Shown here: one piece after another, positions 44,195 to 58,696 of the stretch
Layout of the letters: every line of letters begins with the position of its first letter
Numbering within the stretch: the stretch's first letter is position 1
Source of the DNA: Eledone cirrhosa
Taxonomy: Eukaryota
Length of the DNA: 64,000 bases
Assembly: GCA_964016885.1 (NCBI GenBank)
Contig: OZ024758.1
Span: 12,090,001 to 12,154,000 of the forward strand
Reading direction: 5' to 3'
Made by a program: the position numbers and the translations under genes
Notes under the pieces: generated by a model
The model's input: only the letters and a program-made list of their open reading frames with translations
What the model was told of the DNA's origin: nothing
Databases searched by the model: none

Positions 44195-45913
44195 TTACAG
44201 TATAAATAACGATGTCTTGTTAAACATTACATTAGACAAACCAGATATATATCATGTATGATGTTCATTTTGGATTGTTTAATGTCATTCGAATGTTTAG
44301 AAATAGATTTGATCAACCTAAACGTTAATTTCCTTCTATATTTAGATAATTAACCTTATGAATATCTTCAATATATAATACGAGGGTGGAAGAATGACCC
44401 TACCATTAAAACATACTGTAACATATAAAATATATTCCAGTAATTAGTATCAAAGGACAACTTTACTAGATAATGCCAGATATAAAAGATATAGCAAAAA
44501 CATTTCGTAAACTAATCAGATACTCCATTTGATCGCAGGTCTAATGGTAATTTTGTAAAGAATAACAAACAAAATTGACCATAGTTATCCAAAGAAAATA
44601 TAATGGAAATCTAAATGGTTGAATCCTTTGAGGATAAATGTGATAATAAAGGATTCGTGGTAAAAATGATGACATATATTTTAATCTGTAAAAATAAGAA
44701 GAATAAAAACAAACGCTAATAAAGAAAACTAATTTGTTTAAGCACCTAAGGTTAATTGCATGATTACCATCGGTTTGATAAGGTTAACTCAAATGGCAAA
44801 CTGCACAGTCTACATTTATTTGAAGATTTCAATCTGATTATTGAACAATGAATATTAATTGTGAGATCGTTCTATATTGATCTATGCATGAAATAGAACT
44901 CAATCTTTCCCACTTCACAACATGCAGCTAAGCCATTTGCTCTCTTTCGCAATGGATTTCTACCAACTTTCTGGAAACCTCCTTGAATTTGTATATTATA
45001 ATTAATACCTCCTTGAATATATATTTTGTAAGCAGCTCCCCTGAGAAGCCCACCTCCATATATGAATCTCTTGTTACATAAGCGTAAATAATTGATTTGT
45101 TTGAACGAAGATTTTCATTCGGTCTAGCAACGTTGGATCTGAATATTACTTTAACAATAAACATGATACAATTAGAGGAACCATTTATACGCTTGCACAG
45201 GTTTGAGAACAAAAGTTTGCCGTGTAGACATTACCAGAATTTGATCTCTTTCATTAAATATTCGAAGTAACAATATCTTCAACGACGAGGTGGCTACCAA
45301 CTTTGTAATAGTTGCAGTTTTAATAATTCTATTTTGATACTAATTAATTGATGTAACTCTTGTCATCTTATTTCAAAACTAGTATAACTGGCTTTGAATT
45401 ACTTTTAAGTTTTCATTAAGGCTTCTCTCAAACTTTGAAACACACAAACGCGAACACACAAACACAACAATATATGCATAAAAATAAATAATTTTAATAA
45501 TGTTAATATTGTATGGGTTGTATGAATAAAGTTTGATTTGATTCGAAAAAGAGGAAATTAGAGGCCAGCGCCTCTTAATGCAAATACCCATCATCAAAGT
45601 GAGGTGAGGTTCGATTCCTAGCAGAGGTCTCTGTCCATTTTTCCATCTACAGGTTTACATTACCCCATTTTCTAAACTCTTCTATTGCTATTATGTATAG
45701 TGACAGCTATTATTATGGTCATTTGCGCGATGCGTTATGGCCTTGAGCAAGTCACTTTATTTCACGTTGTTCCTTCAACCTGGAGTTGCGACAAATAGTA
45801 TTAGAAATTGGAAAGACCAATGGAAACATTGTTTCGTCGGTCCGATTTGACAAGCGCCACCCCACTCGATAAGGGTATGAGGTCTGATATCTTGTCAATC
45901 GACTATTGATACA

Positions 45914-45969
<56 letters not shown>

Positions 45970-46010
45970 ATAAATAAATAACAAAGAACGCTTATAGCAT
46001 ATGCATATCT

Positions 46011-46068
46011 TTACTTGCTAACATTGTTTCATCCGCACTATAAGTGGGACTCATCAGAGCATAAGTAA
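46011..46068 (-). ncRNA. Type I hammerhead ribozyme
   Basis: TTACTT at GCT CTGATGA GTCC CACT TAT AGTG C GGAT GAA ACAATGT T AGC AAGTAA. Confidence 0.8.
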
Positions 46069-46312
46069 GCAGAGCATACTGCCTGCTGGATAAGTGGAGT
46101 GTTATACACCCCTGATCCTTTCCCTAGCATACTATATATATATATATATATATTTATATATTACAGTCGGGGCACGACAACTGAGCCCTTGCTGTTTCAA
46201 CAGCAAATTCCAGACTAATATATTTACACCGTCCGCTATCTCAAGTATCGAATAATCAGCTGGATATTGGTCTTACTAGTTTAAAACTGGTTTAATTGAC
46301 ACACATATACAT

Positions 46313-46348
<36 letters not shown>

Positions 46349-46475
46349 ATATTATATATATATATATATATTATATATATATATATATAATATATATATA
46401 TATATATTATATATATATATATATAATATATATATATATATATAATATATATATATATTATATATATATATATAT

Positions 46476-46506
<31 letters not shown>

Positions 46507-46744
46507 ATATATAATAAATAAATACAATATCGGAGAAAGCTTTTTAGCGATACTCTGGCCAAATTCCAACTCACTCAACAAACAATATATATATATATCC
46601 AATGCCACAAACGAGGATGTTATCCTATAAACATGATTTAAACTTTGTTTGCTTTCATTTCATTTCATGACGAGCGAGGATCACCCGAGGGTCGTGGAGT
46701 ACTCTAATCAAAGGAAGCATTTTTTCTATTTTCAGTTTATACGC

Positions 46745-46775
<31 letters not shown>

Positions 46776-47256
46776 TTTAAAATTATTCCTGGAGACCAAA
46801 CATTGTCTCTAAATTATTCTATGAAAAGCCTTTAACATTGCTAACTAGGAGCGAAACAACAACAGCAGTATGTTGTATATATCCTATCTAAAAATAATTT
46901 ATTTTCAAAATTACTTTGCACGATTTGCTATACATGTGTATCGTCCATAATTTACAAAGAGACAGGATGGTCACGATTGGGATATCTTCCATCAAAACTC
47001 TGTATGATCACGATTAACTTGGAGCTAAACAACACGAACGACAATAATTCGGTGCACGTATCTCATCTCATCCTATCTTAAATTAATTTACTTTCCAAAA
47101 TACATGGCACCATTTACAGAATCCATGAGAATTACATATGAACAAATCCTAAAGATAAACAAAAACAAAACAGTAATGGATACTACATAAAAGACATGAG
47201 GAAATCTCACAGGAGAAATAGGAAAACTACAGAAACTCACTTCTATATATATATAG

Positions 47257-47450
47257 GAACCAGTAAGACCCCGTCGGCTGAGCTCAAGCCGTTTCGACGG
47301 CTAATTCTGAATTAATTCAGAATTAGCCGTCGAAACGGCTTGAGATCAGCCGACGGGGTCTTACTGGTTCCTATTACCCACTCTACTACCCTAAGTATTG
47401 AGTACTTTGGTGCGTTATGGTCCACCTGGTTCCTTACCACATTTCCTTCG

Positions 47451-47452
<2 letters not shown>
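47257..47452 (+). mobile_element. Family F3 palindromic element hinged on HHR stem II; extra fragment at 47499-47560
   Basis: Near-perfect ~58-bp arms centred at ~47313; tail with ACTC..GAGT. Confidence 0.8.
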
Positions 47453-47501
<49 letters not shown>

Positions 47502-47747
47502 AAAATGTACGACACCGATGGCAGAGCTCAAGCCGATTCGACGGGCTATTTCTGAACTCATATATATATATATATATATATATATACGAGTTTCTGTGTA
47601 TATATATATATATACGAGTGTCTGAGTATGTATATATATATATATGTATCTATATAAAGTATTTCCGTACGAAACGTAAAGGAAAAGAGAGTACTCTATG
47701 TAGGCTACAGAGCTTTGGATTTTAGTCTTCAAATTTATTATTACTAT

Positions 47748-47853
47748 CCTGCCGAGGTCAACTTTGCCTTTCATCCTTACAGGGTCGATAAAATAAAGTA
47801 CCAGTAATGTACTGGGTATTTGCTGGCCTTGTGCCAAAAAGTAGAAACAATTA
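47748..47853 (+). mobile_element. 5'-truncated Meta-type SINE
   Basis: Core and tail. Confidence 0.85.
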
Positions 47854-48545
47854 TTACTATATATATAGAGAGAGAGAGAGGTGCTAATATTTGCAAATAA
47901 ACATGTAAGCACGCATGTGGATACACCAACACTCACACACATATATAAGTATGCGAGGGTGAGTGTTTATGAATGTATGCATGTTTATGAATGTATGCAT
48001 ATATATATATTTGTGTATCTATGTATATATGCATATATATATACACGTATAAATAAATATATATGCTTATATATATATATATATGTACGTATATATATAT
48101 ATAGATGCATGTATATATACATATATATATATATGCATATATAGATATACATATATCTATATATGCATATATATATATATATACATACATATATATATAT
48201 ACATATATATACGTATATATACATATATCTATATATGCATATATATATACATATATATATATGCTTATATAGATATATATATATATCTATATATGCATAC
48301 ATATATATACATACATATATATACGTATATATACATATATCTATATATGCATATATATATATACATATATATATATATATGCATATATAGATATATATAT
48401 ATCTATATATGCATACATATATATACATACATTTATATATACATATATATACATATATCTATATATGCATATATATATATGGATATATATACATGCATAT
48501 ATCTATATATGTTTATATATACATACATATATATATGTATATAGG

Positions 48546-48588
<43 letters not shown>

Positions 48589-48713
48589 CTTTCTTAATGA
48601 GTACCTACTATTAAAGGTTTGATATTAACATATTTAGAGAATGTTAAACATTTATATAATGAATAAATGAATAAATAGAAAAAATTATAATATCAATATC
48701 AAAATATATGTTA

Positions 48714-49817
48714 ATAATTGTTTCTACTTTTGGCACAAGGCCAGCAATTACCCAGTGCATTACTGGTACTTTATTTTATCGACCCCGTAAGGATGAAAGA
48801 CAAAGTTGACCTCGGCGGGATTTGAACTCAGAATGGAAAGGGCCGTAACTATGCGTCAAAGCATGACGTCCGACCCTCCACCGATACTGCCAATCCACCA
48901 CCTATATTTTAATAATTGTTTCTACTTTTGGCACAAGGCCAGCAATTAATCCAGTGTATTACTGGTACTTTATTTTATCGACCCCGTAAGGATGAAAGGC
49001 AAAGTCAACCTCGGCGGGATTTGAACTCAGACCATAAAGGACCGTAACTCTTTGCTGCAAAGCATGGCATCCGACCCTCTACCGATACTGCCAATCCACC
49101 GCCCTTTTAATAATTGTTTCTACTTAAGGCACAAGGCCAGAAATTACCCAGTACATTACTGGTACTTTATTTTATCGACCCCGTAAGGATGAAAGGCAAA
49201 GTCAACCTCGGCGGGATTTGAACTCAGATCGTAAAGGGACGTAACTATGCTGGAAAGCATGGCGTCCGACCCTCTACCGATACTGCCAATCCACCGCCCT
49301 AGTGGATTGACAGTATCGGTAGAGGGTTAGACGCCGTGCTTTGACACTTAGAGTTACGGCCCTTGGCATTCTGAGTTCAAATCCCGCCGAGGTTAACTTT
49401 GCCTTTCATGCTTACGGGGTCGATAAAATAAAGTACCAGTAATGCACTGGGTAATTGCTGGCCTTGTGCCTAAAGTAGAAACAATTATTACATTATAACC
49501 GTTATAGAAAAAATATATTCTTTGACAAAAGTCGAACATTTATTATTTATCTATATAAAGTACCAGTCACGCACTGGTGTCAATTTCATCGACTTTTCCC
49601 CCCCAAAAAAAAATTGCTGGCTTTGTGCCTACATAAGAAACCATTATTTATCTATATATAAATGCCATGATTTGACGCATAGAGTTACAGCCCTTGCCAT
49701 TCTGAGTTCAAATCCCGCCAAGTTTAACTTTGCCTTTCATCCTTACGGGGTCGATAAAATAAAGTACCAGTAATGTACTGGTTATTGCTGGCCTTGTGCC
49801 AATAGTAGAAACAATTA
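48714..49817. mobile_element. Cluster of six Meta-type SINE insertions (three - strand, three + strand)
   Basis: 48714-48902, 48912-49104 and 49110-49300 (-); 49302-49488, 49558-49645 and 49663-49817 (+). Confidence 0.9.
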
Positions 49818-50085
49818 TTTATCTATATATAAATTTGAGCGACTATCGTCCGTCCGCCCGTCCGTCACGTGATGTGTTGGTGTGTCTGTGTTTATGTAAA
49901 TGTATGTGTATGTAAAAGGAAGGAAGTGTATGTATGTCTGTGAGTGTGTATTTTTTGTATGTGTGTTTGTGTTTGCACGTTTATATGTACATACTCATAT
50001 ATATAAATGTATGCATATGCATATACACGCATTTTTTTTTTCTTGGTGATAAAATACGATACAGACATTCAAATGTTATTAAGGC

Positions 50086-50150
<65 letters not shown>

Positions 50151-50960
50151 TGTGTATGACAGCGAGAGTGTGTGTGTGTGTGTGACTGTTATGTGTCTGT
50201 ATGCGTGTCAGTGTGCGTGTGTATGTGTGTTTGTGTAGTTTGCACACAAACATATGTAGCTTCATTTAATCAAACGTCAACGCTACACTTAGAAATTCAC
50301 AATTTCTTGAATGAGAAAACTTCTTCACTTCTAATTCTAGAGTAGATTCTTATGATAAAATCAAATCATGGGTTTACTTTGATTTATTCCTTAGATAACT
50401 GAAATGAATCTGCTTTTAATTAAAATATGAAAAATGTTCATTAAAATATTATTCACATTTGAGAAAACACACGAGTGCATTTTGTGGTCAGTTGAAATCA
50501 AGACGTGTAAAGTTATGATCTCCATACACATTACAGGTTTTTGTTTTAATATATTGATGTGTTCTCCGTCGGTTGCAACGATGGGTGTTCATTTCTTCGA
50601 TCAAATGAACGTCCACCTCACAAATTGATTTGTAGATGGCTTAGTATTACATAGACACGTTCCCAAAAGCGATTCATTCTGTCACAATCTGTGTTTTTGA
50701 ATTACAGGTACAATCTTTCGAACGAGACTTCATACAGTTTCTCGTCTACCAAATTTTATTCACAAGACTCGTGTCAGCCACGGTTATTTTCGATACACAC
50801 ATTCGCAGAGAGAGAGAGAGCGATGGAGAGAAGAATGGGTGTAGATTTTATTTTAATAGAAAAATAAACTATTACCCTCAGACTTCATTTTGAGCTCGTT
50901 TTACTGGTCATAAAAGAGAAACATTACTTGCTTGGGGAAGGGTAGATCATGTTTTATACA

Positions 50961-51118
50961 TTTAACCTTTTCTATGTATGCGATATTCAACGTTTAACAG
51001 TTTCTATGTATGCGATATTTGTCGTTTAACATTTTCTATATATGCGATTTTCAACGTTTAACATGTTCTATATATGCGATATTTGACGTTTAACTTTTTC
51101 TATATATGCGATATTCGT
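50961..51118. repeat. 32-bp minisatellite x5
   Basis: Unit approximately TTTAACNNTTTCTATRTATGCGATATTYRWCG. Confidence 0.9.
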
Positions 51119-51857
51119 CTTAAGATCTGTAAAATGGCTTCGGATTTTGATTTCAGATAAAACTACAGCTTCCGGTTTGGTTGTTTCTAGATGTTTACAA
51201 AATCGACGCTCAAATTTCATTTAAATTTTAAAATATTTTCCGAATAAGATAGGAAACGAATAGGATATGCACTTACTTCCAAAGAGACGTCCACATTCTA
51301 TCCATTCTTCATAGCTGAGTTTAAAGTAACCACAACCTTTGCCTTTTTCGCATAATGTTGTCGAACAATTCGATTCCACCTATAATTTAGAACAACAGAA
51401 ATGAGATTGTGTGGATATATAATTGTTTGTTAAATTACGGCGATGAATTTGTTTTGCAAGGTTTTTCATATGAAATTGTGTGTTGAAACAAATATTGTTA
51501 TATTTGGGGATAGTCATATTGTTATAATATTGCTAGTAATATATAGTAAAACAAACTCAGTGTTTGGTTTGAGTTGGTTTTCGCTTGAGTATATTTTATA
51601 TTTCTATAATTAATTCAGTTATATTAATAATAATTTGTTATAATAATTCTGCCAGGAATTGCGACCGGTAGATAGTATCAATAATGGAAAGACCAATGGA
51701 AACATTGTTTCCTTGGTCCGATTTGATGAGGTCCACCCCACTCTACAAGAGAATAAGCTCGGGAATCTTGCCGATCAATCAGAGCTATATATATATATAT
51801 ATATATATTTACAAATATATCAATTTACAAATCTACTTATGTGCACACACACACGTA

Positions 51858-51934
<77 letters not shown>

Positions 51935-52023
51935 GATAACAAGTTATCGTTATAGGTGATCCAATTCAGCCTTTATTGTATAAAGCCCTTATTGTACAGC
52001 CAACCATGTTACTCTTCTTTCTT

Positions 52024-52060
<37 letters not shown>

Positions 52061-52062
<2 letters not shown>

Positions 52063-52330
52063 AAGGGGGGTAAAATTCCCGAGATCCATGGACGAGTTCT
52101 CTCCAGCGGTCTCTATCCCTCATTATCGCTGCCATGTCCTGCATCTCCAACAGACCAGTGTCTGTCCTTAGGGCATCAACATACGTTAACCTTGGTCTTC
52201 CTCTTCTAGTGTGTCCATGTAGGGGCTCCCAAAGGAGCACTGAGTGCAATGTCAACTCTGGATGTCGGTGAGCATGTCCAGCTAACCTCAGTCTCCTCTG
52301 TGTCACTTTTGAGCTGACTTTTGGGATGTT
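52061..52330 (-). mobile_element. RTE LINE 3' end within (TA)n
   Basis: RRLRLAGHAHRHPE..LLWEP.HG..RRGRP..MRDRDRW. Confidence 0.85.
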
Positions 52331-53344
52331 ATATATATATAATTATGTGTGTGTGTGTGTGATATATGCACACAACCAGATTTGTAAATTGATGATATGG
52401 GAGCATGCTTATATGGGAACAAGTACACAAACACATTTTACGGGTCCGAGTACAGCTTATTGATTTAATCCAAGCAGATTTCTAGTACATTATTCCCAAT
52501 CACTAAGAAATTAATTGCATACATTATTCTGATGTTATTTAAATCCACAACGTGTACAGACAGAAGAAATTCCGCTGTTCTAACGTTCTACAGTTGCAGT
52601 CACTCTACGGAGCTAAAATTACTAAATATATATGTTTTAATTTTAATTTTTTGTTAATCAATTCAGATAAAACTAGGCTGAAAGCTTATTCAATAATTAC
52701 ACAAATTTAAACTTTCAAATATATTGAGTAAATATATAAAAGATTGAAAACGTGATGTTTCCGTTTTTTATGTTTAGTTTCTCTCATACATATTCTCCAT
52801 ACTAGCGCAACTCACTTTCCTCGTCTGTAAACATGGAATAGAAAATTTTCTTCCTGGTGATTTCCTTTCGCCTTGTTCATCTCAGAAACTCAATATCCTT
52901 TATTGATGAACATATAATAAATACAAGAAGAAGTCTTGTAGTCGATGTTTACGATATATATTTTCTTTTATTTGACAAATGTAACATCACGAATTTCTGT
53001 TAAAGGTTGGTTTTTCAGACATTACATAAAGCATTTAAGATATTTCACACACATAATGCATGCTAAGGCCATCCTTGTCTGCATATAGAACCATATAAAT
53101 GGTATATTTTTTATTCTGTTTTAAATGTAGAGTGATGTATATGTATGAGATCTTCCATACATACCTACAGATTAAGATATATATAAAAATGGACAAGCAT
53201 ATACATATATATTTACACACGATTTCTGACCAGTTTCTACGCATACAATCTAATATATTAATTTTGTTATTCCATTAGAAAAAAAAAATGATTGATAACG
53301 ATAGGAGAAATATAAATTGCTTGTAAATATCATTCTGTTTCAAC

Positions 53345-53412
<68 letters not shown>

Positions 53413-53507
53413 GCGTGTGCGTGTGTGTGTGTGTGTGTGTCAAAATACGGCGAAAGCTTCTATTTCAATTTTTAAACTCGCTCGCTGTTTCAAAATAAAC
53501 TTACTTG

Positions 53508-53543
<36 letters not shown>

Positions 53544-53597
53544 AAAATATATATATTATAAAAAATAAACCAAAGAAGCCTTCAATACATCAAAAGT

Positions 53598-53651
53598 CTT
53601 TATTAGCCAACAATGTTTCGTCCTATTAAGGACTCATCAGGGCAAGTAAAG
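53598..53651 (-). ncRNA. Type I hammerhead ribozyme, canonical core
   Basis: CTTTACTTGCC CTGATGA GTCC TTAATA GGAC GAA ACATTGT T GGC TAATAAAG. Confidence 0.85.
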
Positions 53652-53955
53652 CTACACGAAGCACTATCGGCCAATACAAGCCAAAAACTCAGAAGAATAT
53701 GGAGTATACATCTATTAAAGCTTAGGAAAAATATCAAGGAAAAGTTGTCTAAGATTAAGAGTGAGCCGTTACAAACATAGATATGGACCAAATAGCAAGG
53801 AAGTGATTAACATGTTGAACCCACACTGCAAATATTGTATAATGCTATATATATATATATATAATCTTTATCGATCCCTCTTCGGATTTTTCTCTTCACA
53901 TTTATTATTACTAAATAAATTCCCTTGATTGTACCATCAGCCATGTTATTCTTAA

Positions 53956-53995
<40 letters not shown>

Positions 53996-54018
53996 GTGTT
54001 TATATATATACATATAGA

Positions 54019-54198
54019 TAATTGTTTCTACTATTGGCACAAGGCCACCACATACCCAGTACATTACTGGTACTTTATTTTATCGACTCCGTAAGGATGA
54101 AAGGCAAAGTTAACCTCGGCGGGATTTGAACTCAGAATGGCAAGGGCCGTGACTCTATGCGTCAAAGCATGGCGTCCGACCCTCTACCGATACTGCCA
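54019..54198 (-). mobile_element. Meta-type SINE
   Basis: A-box, B-box and core. Confidence 0.9.
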
Positions 54199-54207
54199 CA
54201 ATATTGC

Positions 54208-54242
<35 letters not shown>

Positions 54243-54418
54243 GTTCTTTTTGTTGGGGGGGGGGGGGGTCTCCTGTCTGTTTGTACGTTGATGGAATGCG
54301 TTTATCGTCTGCATTTTGTGGGAAAGTCACAGGTGAGAGCATGATATGTGTAACTTGTCATGATTACATGTCAATGTCTTCAATTTTAGATAAGGTTCCG
54401 GCGTTGGTATTATTGATT

Positions 54419-54669
54419 GTGGTGGTGGTGGTGGTGGTGGTGGTGGTGGTGGTGGTGGTAGTGGCTCTGGAGGTAGTGTCGGTGATGGTGGTGTTGGTGG
54501 TGGTGGTGGTGGTAGTGGTAGTGGCTCTGGAGGTAGTGGCGGTGATGGTGGTGTTGGTGGTGGTGGTGGTGGTGGTAGTGGCTGTGGAGGTAGTGGTGGT
54601 GGTGGTGGTGGTGGTGGTGGTGGTGGTATGGTGATAGTGGCTGTGGAGGTGGTGGTGGTGGTGGTGGTG
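54419..54669. repeat. (GGT)n-based compound repeat
   Basis: Direct reading. Confidence 0.9.
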
Positions 54670-54895
54670 CCATTGTTGTGTTACGTAGCGTGCTTTTAAC
54701 CTTGATAGATATCTGTGATGGATGAGATCTGTGATCAAAGACCTTTCTCATACGTGATAATGCCGTCAATTTAAAGGAATATAGGACTCGTTTGTCAAAT
54801 GTCTGCTGTCCATATTTAAGACGATTCACTGTGATTTTAGGAAGACGTATCACTTAATATATATGTGTGTGTGAGTAAGTGTGTGCGTGTGTGTG

Positions 54896-54977
<82 letters not shown>

Positions 54978-55100
54978 GGAGGTGAGTTTTATTGTAGTAC
55001 AATAAAGCAATGCAGATATCGGATAATAAGCACTCTACAATTTGTAGGACTGGAGTATACATAATATATAAGAACAAAAGATGGTTAAAAGAGTTCCATG

Positions 55101-55170
55101 TATTTTATTATGCGCATTTCAAAAACAAATATCATCATGCAATAATATTTGTGTTTTCATCAGATAAAAC
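55101..55170 (-). ncRNA. Type I hammerhead ribozyme (element 54975-55250, same family as 13978)
   Basis: TTTTAT CTGATGA AAACACAAATA..TATTTGTTTTT GAA ATGCGCAT A ATAAAA; perfectly palindromic stem III. Confidence 0.75.
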
Positions 55171-55241
55171 ATGAAGACATGATATGAAGGTTAAAAAACA
55201 CTTGTGGATAGTTCAGTTTTAAATCAACATCATTTTGTTCT

Positions 55242-55280
<39 letters not shown>

Positions 55281-55284
<4 letters not shown>

Positions 55285-55372
55285 AAAAAAAATGTATGCA
55301 CTCTTTAATAGCATTCTAATAAATATTGTACAGGTAACCAAAGTGTGTATACATTTTTGGGAGACACCTTGT
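55281..55372. mobile_element. Tc1/mariner-like MITE remnant
   Basis: AAAAATGTATGCACTCTTT / AAAGTGTGTATACATTTTTGGGAGACACCTTG inverted ends in a TA context. Confidence 0.45.
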
Positions 55373-55609
55373 GTATATATATATATGTATATATATACTT
55401 GTGATGGAGAAAAAGTTTATTTTCTTTAAGGCAGGGTGTGAAGAGAGCTACTAAAGGAACAGTTGGTTGTAGTTCAGGATTTTGACAATGTAGGGGAACA
55501 ATCAAAGTATATGTGCCAACAATGCTTCTATAGGCTTTACTTGAATATTTAGAAGGTTAAAATCTCATAGGAACAGATTGCGTTCGTTCTTCTAAAATGG
55601 ATTATGTGT

Positions 55610-55681
55610 GCGATTTCTATAAAGTAATTTGTAGCGATTTCTATAAAGTAATTTGTAGCGATTTCTATAAAGTCATTTGTA
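55610..55681. repeat. 24-bp tandem repeat x3
   Basis: GCGATTTCTATAAAGTAATTTGTA. Confidence 0.9.
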
Positions 55682-56266
55682 GTGAATTTAAATAGCTTGC
55701 TAATGTGCCGTCCACGTTCAGAATCAGAGAACGAAAGTTCTTTACAGAATGAGCTTACACCTGTTTGCAGGAAATCTGCATAAGTACCAATGAAACATTT
55801 TGAGAGAGTAGATAAAGTTGTAAAATCTTATTTAAATAATAAAGCTATTATCTCTGCCATTAGCACATTTTTATTGGCTGTAGTAATAAATGATACTGTA
55901 GCGCTACTGATACAAATCGATCGTAACACAAGTAATCTTCGAAAAACTACATCACATTACACAAAATCTGTTACATCCATTGTTGTTGGTGATCGGAAAA
56001 AGAAAGGGGATATCGATTATCACCACGACAAGAAAATCAATCCAAGAAATTGAATTATATTTCGATCAACAAAAACCAAAATCGAACGAAATCGAGCACA
56101 TGGATAGAACACGACTGAAAATGTGAAGAACAAGGTTAGCAAGTCTAAAGGCAAAATCTGACATGGACGACATTTCACCGAGCTAAATATAGGAGATATA
56201 CATAACTCTGACATGTCTAAACAGATCCAGCGTAAATAATGGCGCATAAAGAGTGTTATATTTTAT

Positions 56267-56395
56267 ATAATTGTTTCTACTTTAGGCACAAGGCCAGCAA
56301 TTACCCAGTGCATTACTGGTACTTTATTTTATCGACCCCGTAAGGATGAAAGGCAAAGTCAACCTCGGCGGGATTTGAACTCAGATCATAAAGGG
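56267..56395 (-). mobile_element. Meta-type SINE (5'-truncated), TSD ATATTTTATATAAT
   Basis: Core plus B-box. Confidence 0.85.
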
Positions 56396-56454
56396 ATATT
56401 TTATATAATGACCGGTAAAATAACCAGGCATAAATGAAACATGTCTAAAGTCTG

Positions 56455-56702
56455 TCTTAAGGCCGAATGCTCATCAGGCCGATGCTTATCCCGGTTCCAT
56501 GGCGTGAAATGACTGAGACTACAAGACTTCCCCCTGGACAGGACACCAGTCCATCGCAGGGTTAAACCCCCAGCTATTTTCAGTTGAGTATACTGGAACA
56601 ACTTGAAAATAAGTGTGCTGCTCAAGAACACAACACGCAACCCATGAATCGAACCCATGACATTATGATCGTAACTCCTTACCACTAGGCCACGTGCCTT
56701 CA
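56455..56702 (-). mobile_element. tRNA-derived SINE with CORE-like and V-like domains
   Basis: TGGCCTAGTGG, GGTTCGATTC, CTTGAGCAGCAC and CCCTGCGATGGACTGGTGTCCTGTCCAGGGG. Confidence 0.7.
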
Positions 56703-56811
56703 CTATGAAACCAATCATATATAAAGACATCCAGCGTAAATGGAGGAGCACTAATCATGACGTTTTCCATATTGTAACAGGTAAAATCTTTCGTGAAAGC
56801 GATGACAACAT

Positions 56812-56973
56812 GTATGGCCTTTTACTTTCTCAGTTCAAATCCTGCTGAGATTAACTTTGCCTTTCATCCTTACGCGGTCGATGAAATAAAATACAAGTAA
56901 TGCACTGAGGTCAATTTAATCGATTTTCCTCTCTCCCCAAATTGTTGGCCGCGTGATTAAATCAGAAACCATT
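56812..56973 (+). mobile_element. Older Meta-type SINE subfamily
   Basis: B-box plus core with a longer tail. Confidence 0.7.
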
Positions 56974-57259
56974 CTTAGTGTTTCGGTTCATTGACTTGAC
57001 CTGATATTCTATTTCAATATTTATACATCGCTTATAACTTTTGATATTTTACCATTTCATAACGAATAAAATCGTTATCTGCAAAACAGGCTGCGATAAA
57101 CAAATGGAGCTGGATTTTTCACCAAATTACAAAGGGATTTTTTTTTCTGTTTTTCCTGGGAATTTTATAAACAACACTGTCCTCAAAAACAACAAACAAA
57201 ACATCCAAACACGGTACATAAGGACATGAATGAAAACGTTCGAAGACATCAGAAAAAAA

Positions 57260-57490
57260 ATGACAAATATTCACGATAACATTGACATATAGAAAAATAA
57301 AATAATAAATTTGTTAGCTGTATCAGTTCCAGCGAACTATAGAGGAACTTTACAAAGGAAAAGAAAGAAAAATCAAGCGAAAGATGGAGACAATCTTGGC
57401 GTATAAAATCTGAAAATAAAGATAACCAGAATGTGGGTGGTGAAACAAAATAAATTTATATAATTTTAGGTGCCTTGGGAATTAATAAAA
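57260..57490 (+). mobile_element. Highly degenerate RLE-type LINE fragment
   Basis: Broken VSVP..YKI.KIKITRMW..ILGALG motifs resembling 25815 and 26865. Confidence 0.35.
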
Positions 57491-58343
57491 CCATAAAAGA
57501 CGCAGATTGTACAATAAAAGCTAAGATACCATGAAACTTGAGTCTGTCGCGTTCATTTTATAATGTTTGATTCCAAACTATTTATAAATCTGAGCGACTT
57601 TCGTCAATCACACAATGTGTGTGTATGTGTGTGTATTTATGTGAATGTATGTGTGAGCAAAAGGAAGGAAGGAGATGGGGAGAACAACAGCTGAGGTTCC
57701 ATTTGCTACGCTGTGTGTGAGTGTATGTGTGTGCAAAGGTGTGTGTTGTGTGTGAATGTATGTCTGTGAGTGTATTTTTGTAAGTGTGTCTGTGTCTGTG
57801 CGTTTATATTTATATACTCATACATATAAATACATGCATACACATATACATATATACACACGCACACACATATACACATATACATATACATACACGCACA
57901 CACATATACACATACACACACACACATACACATACGCGTCAGCGTGTTGAAAAAATTCCAATCTAATTAAACTTCCTTAAACTTCTTCACATAATACATC
58001 TTACATCACATAGAGTTAATCAACATTTCTTTGAATTCAACATAATGATTCATAGAATTATATTTGTTATATAACCGTTAAAATTATAAACGCTACTGAC
58101 GGCTAATTTTCAAAAACTACGCAGAACCAATCTATAAAGATCCTATAGATTTATACTTTAAGAAAGCAAGATGAAACGAGTTGCGAATGTTATACGTCTT
58201 TCATATTTACCAATATTTTCGAAGCGGCGTGTATTTCTGTGAAATTAATGCTTTTCATCTTCATAAGTTGGTAAATACAAAGGAAATGGGAGACAGAGAA
58301 AAAAAATATAGATTTTATTCAATTTAATTATACAGTTTCATTA

Positions 58344-58441
58344 GGTTAACTTTGCCTTTCATCCTTACAGGGTCCATAAAATAAAGTACCAGTAATGTAC
58401 TGGGATAATTACTGGCCTTGTGCCAAAAGTAAAAACAATTA
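58344..58441 (+). mobile_element. 5'-truncated Meta-type SINE
   Basis: Core and tail. Confidence 0.8.
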
Positions 58442-58696
58442 TTTAGTCTTGAGTGGCAATTTTTGTACTAATATTTTACAGTAGATGTATGTATAGAGAA
58501 AGTTTTATATTATTTGATTAATATAAATTGGACTGGCCGTATCTCACTTCTAAATTCTAACACACACACACACACACACATGCATATGTATACACAAAGG
58601 CATACAGACATACACCTGCATATACAGACAGACACACACGACTACAAATATACATACACACGCACATATCTAGAAACAGACAGATACACATATCTC

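Noticed and set aside
44928-45212. 94-aa ORF as a gene or LINE remnant
   Set aside because: No diagnostic motif that I can recognise.
49290-49312. Fold-back origin for the head-to-head SINE pair
   Set aside because: The two copies carry different subfamily-diagnostic internal sequences, so they are independent insertions.
50961-51118. CRISPR-like regular repeats
   Set aside because: Head-to-tail minisatellite without spacers, in a eukaryotic context.
54137-54853. Poly-Val/Thr/His ORFs
   Set aside because: Products of a (GGT)n repeat plus SINE sequence.
56465-56490. CTGATGAG on the minus strand in a SINE tail
   Set aside because: No downstream stem II-GAAA; it is part of the SINE 3' sequence.
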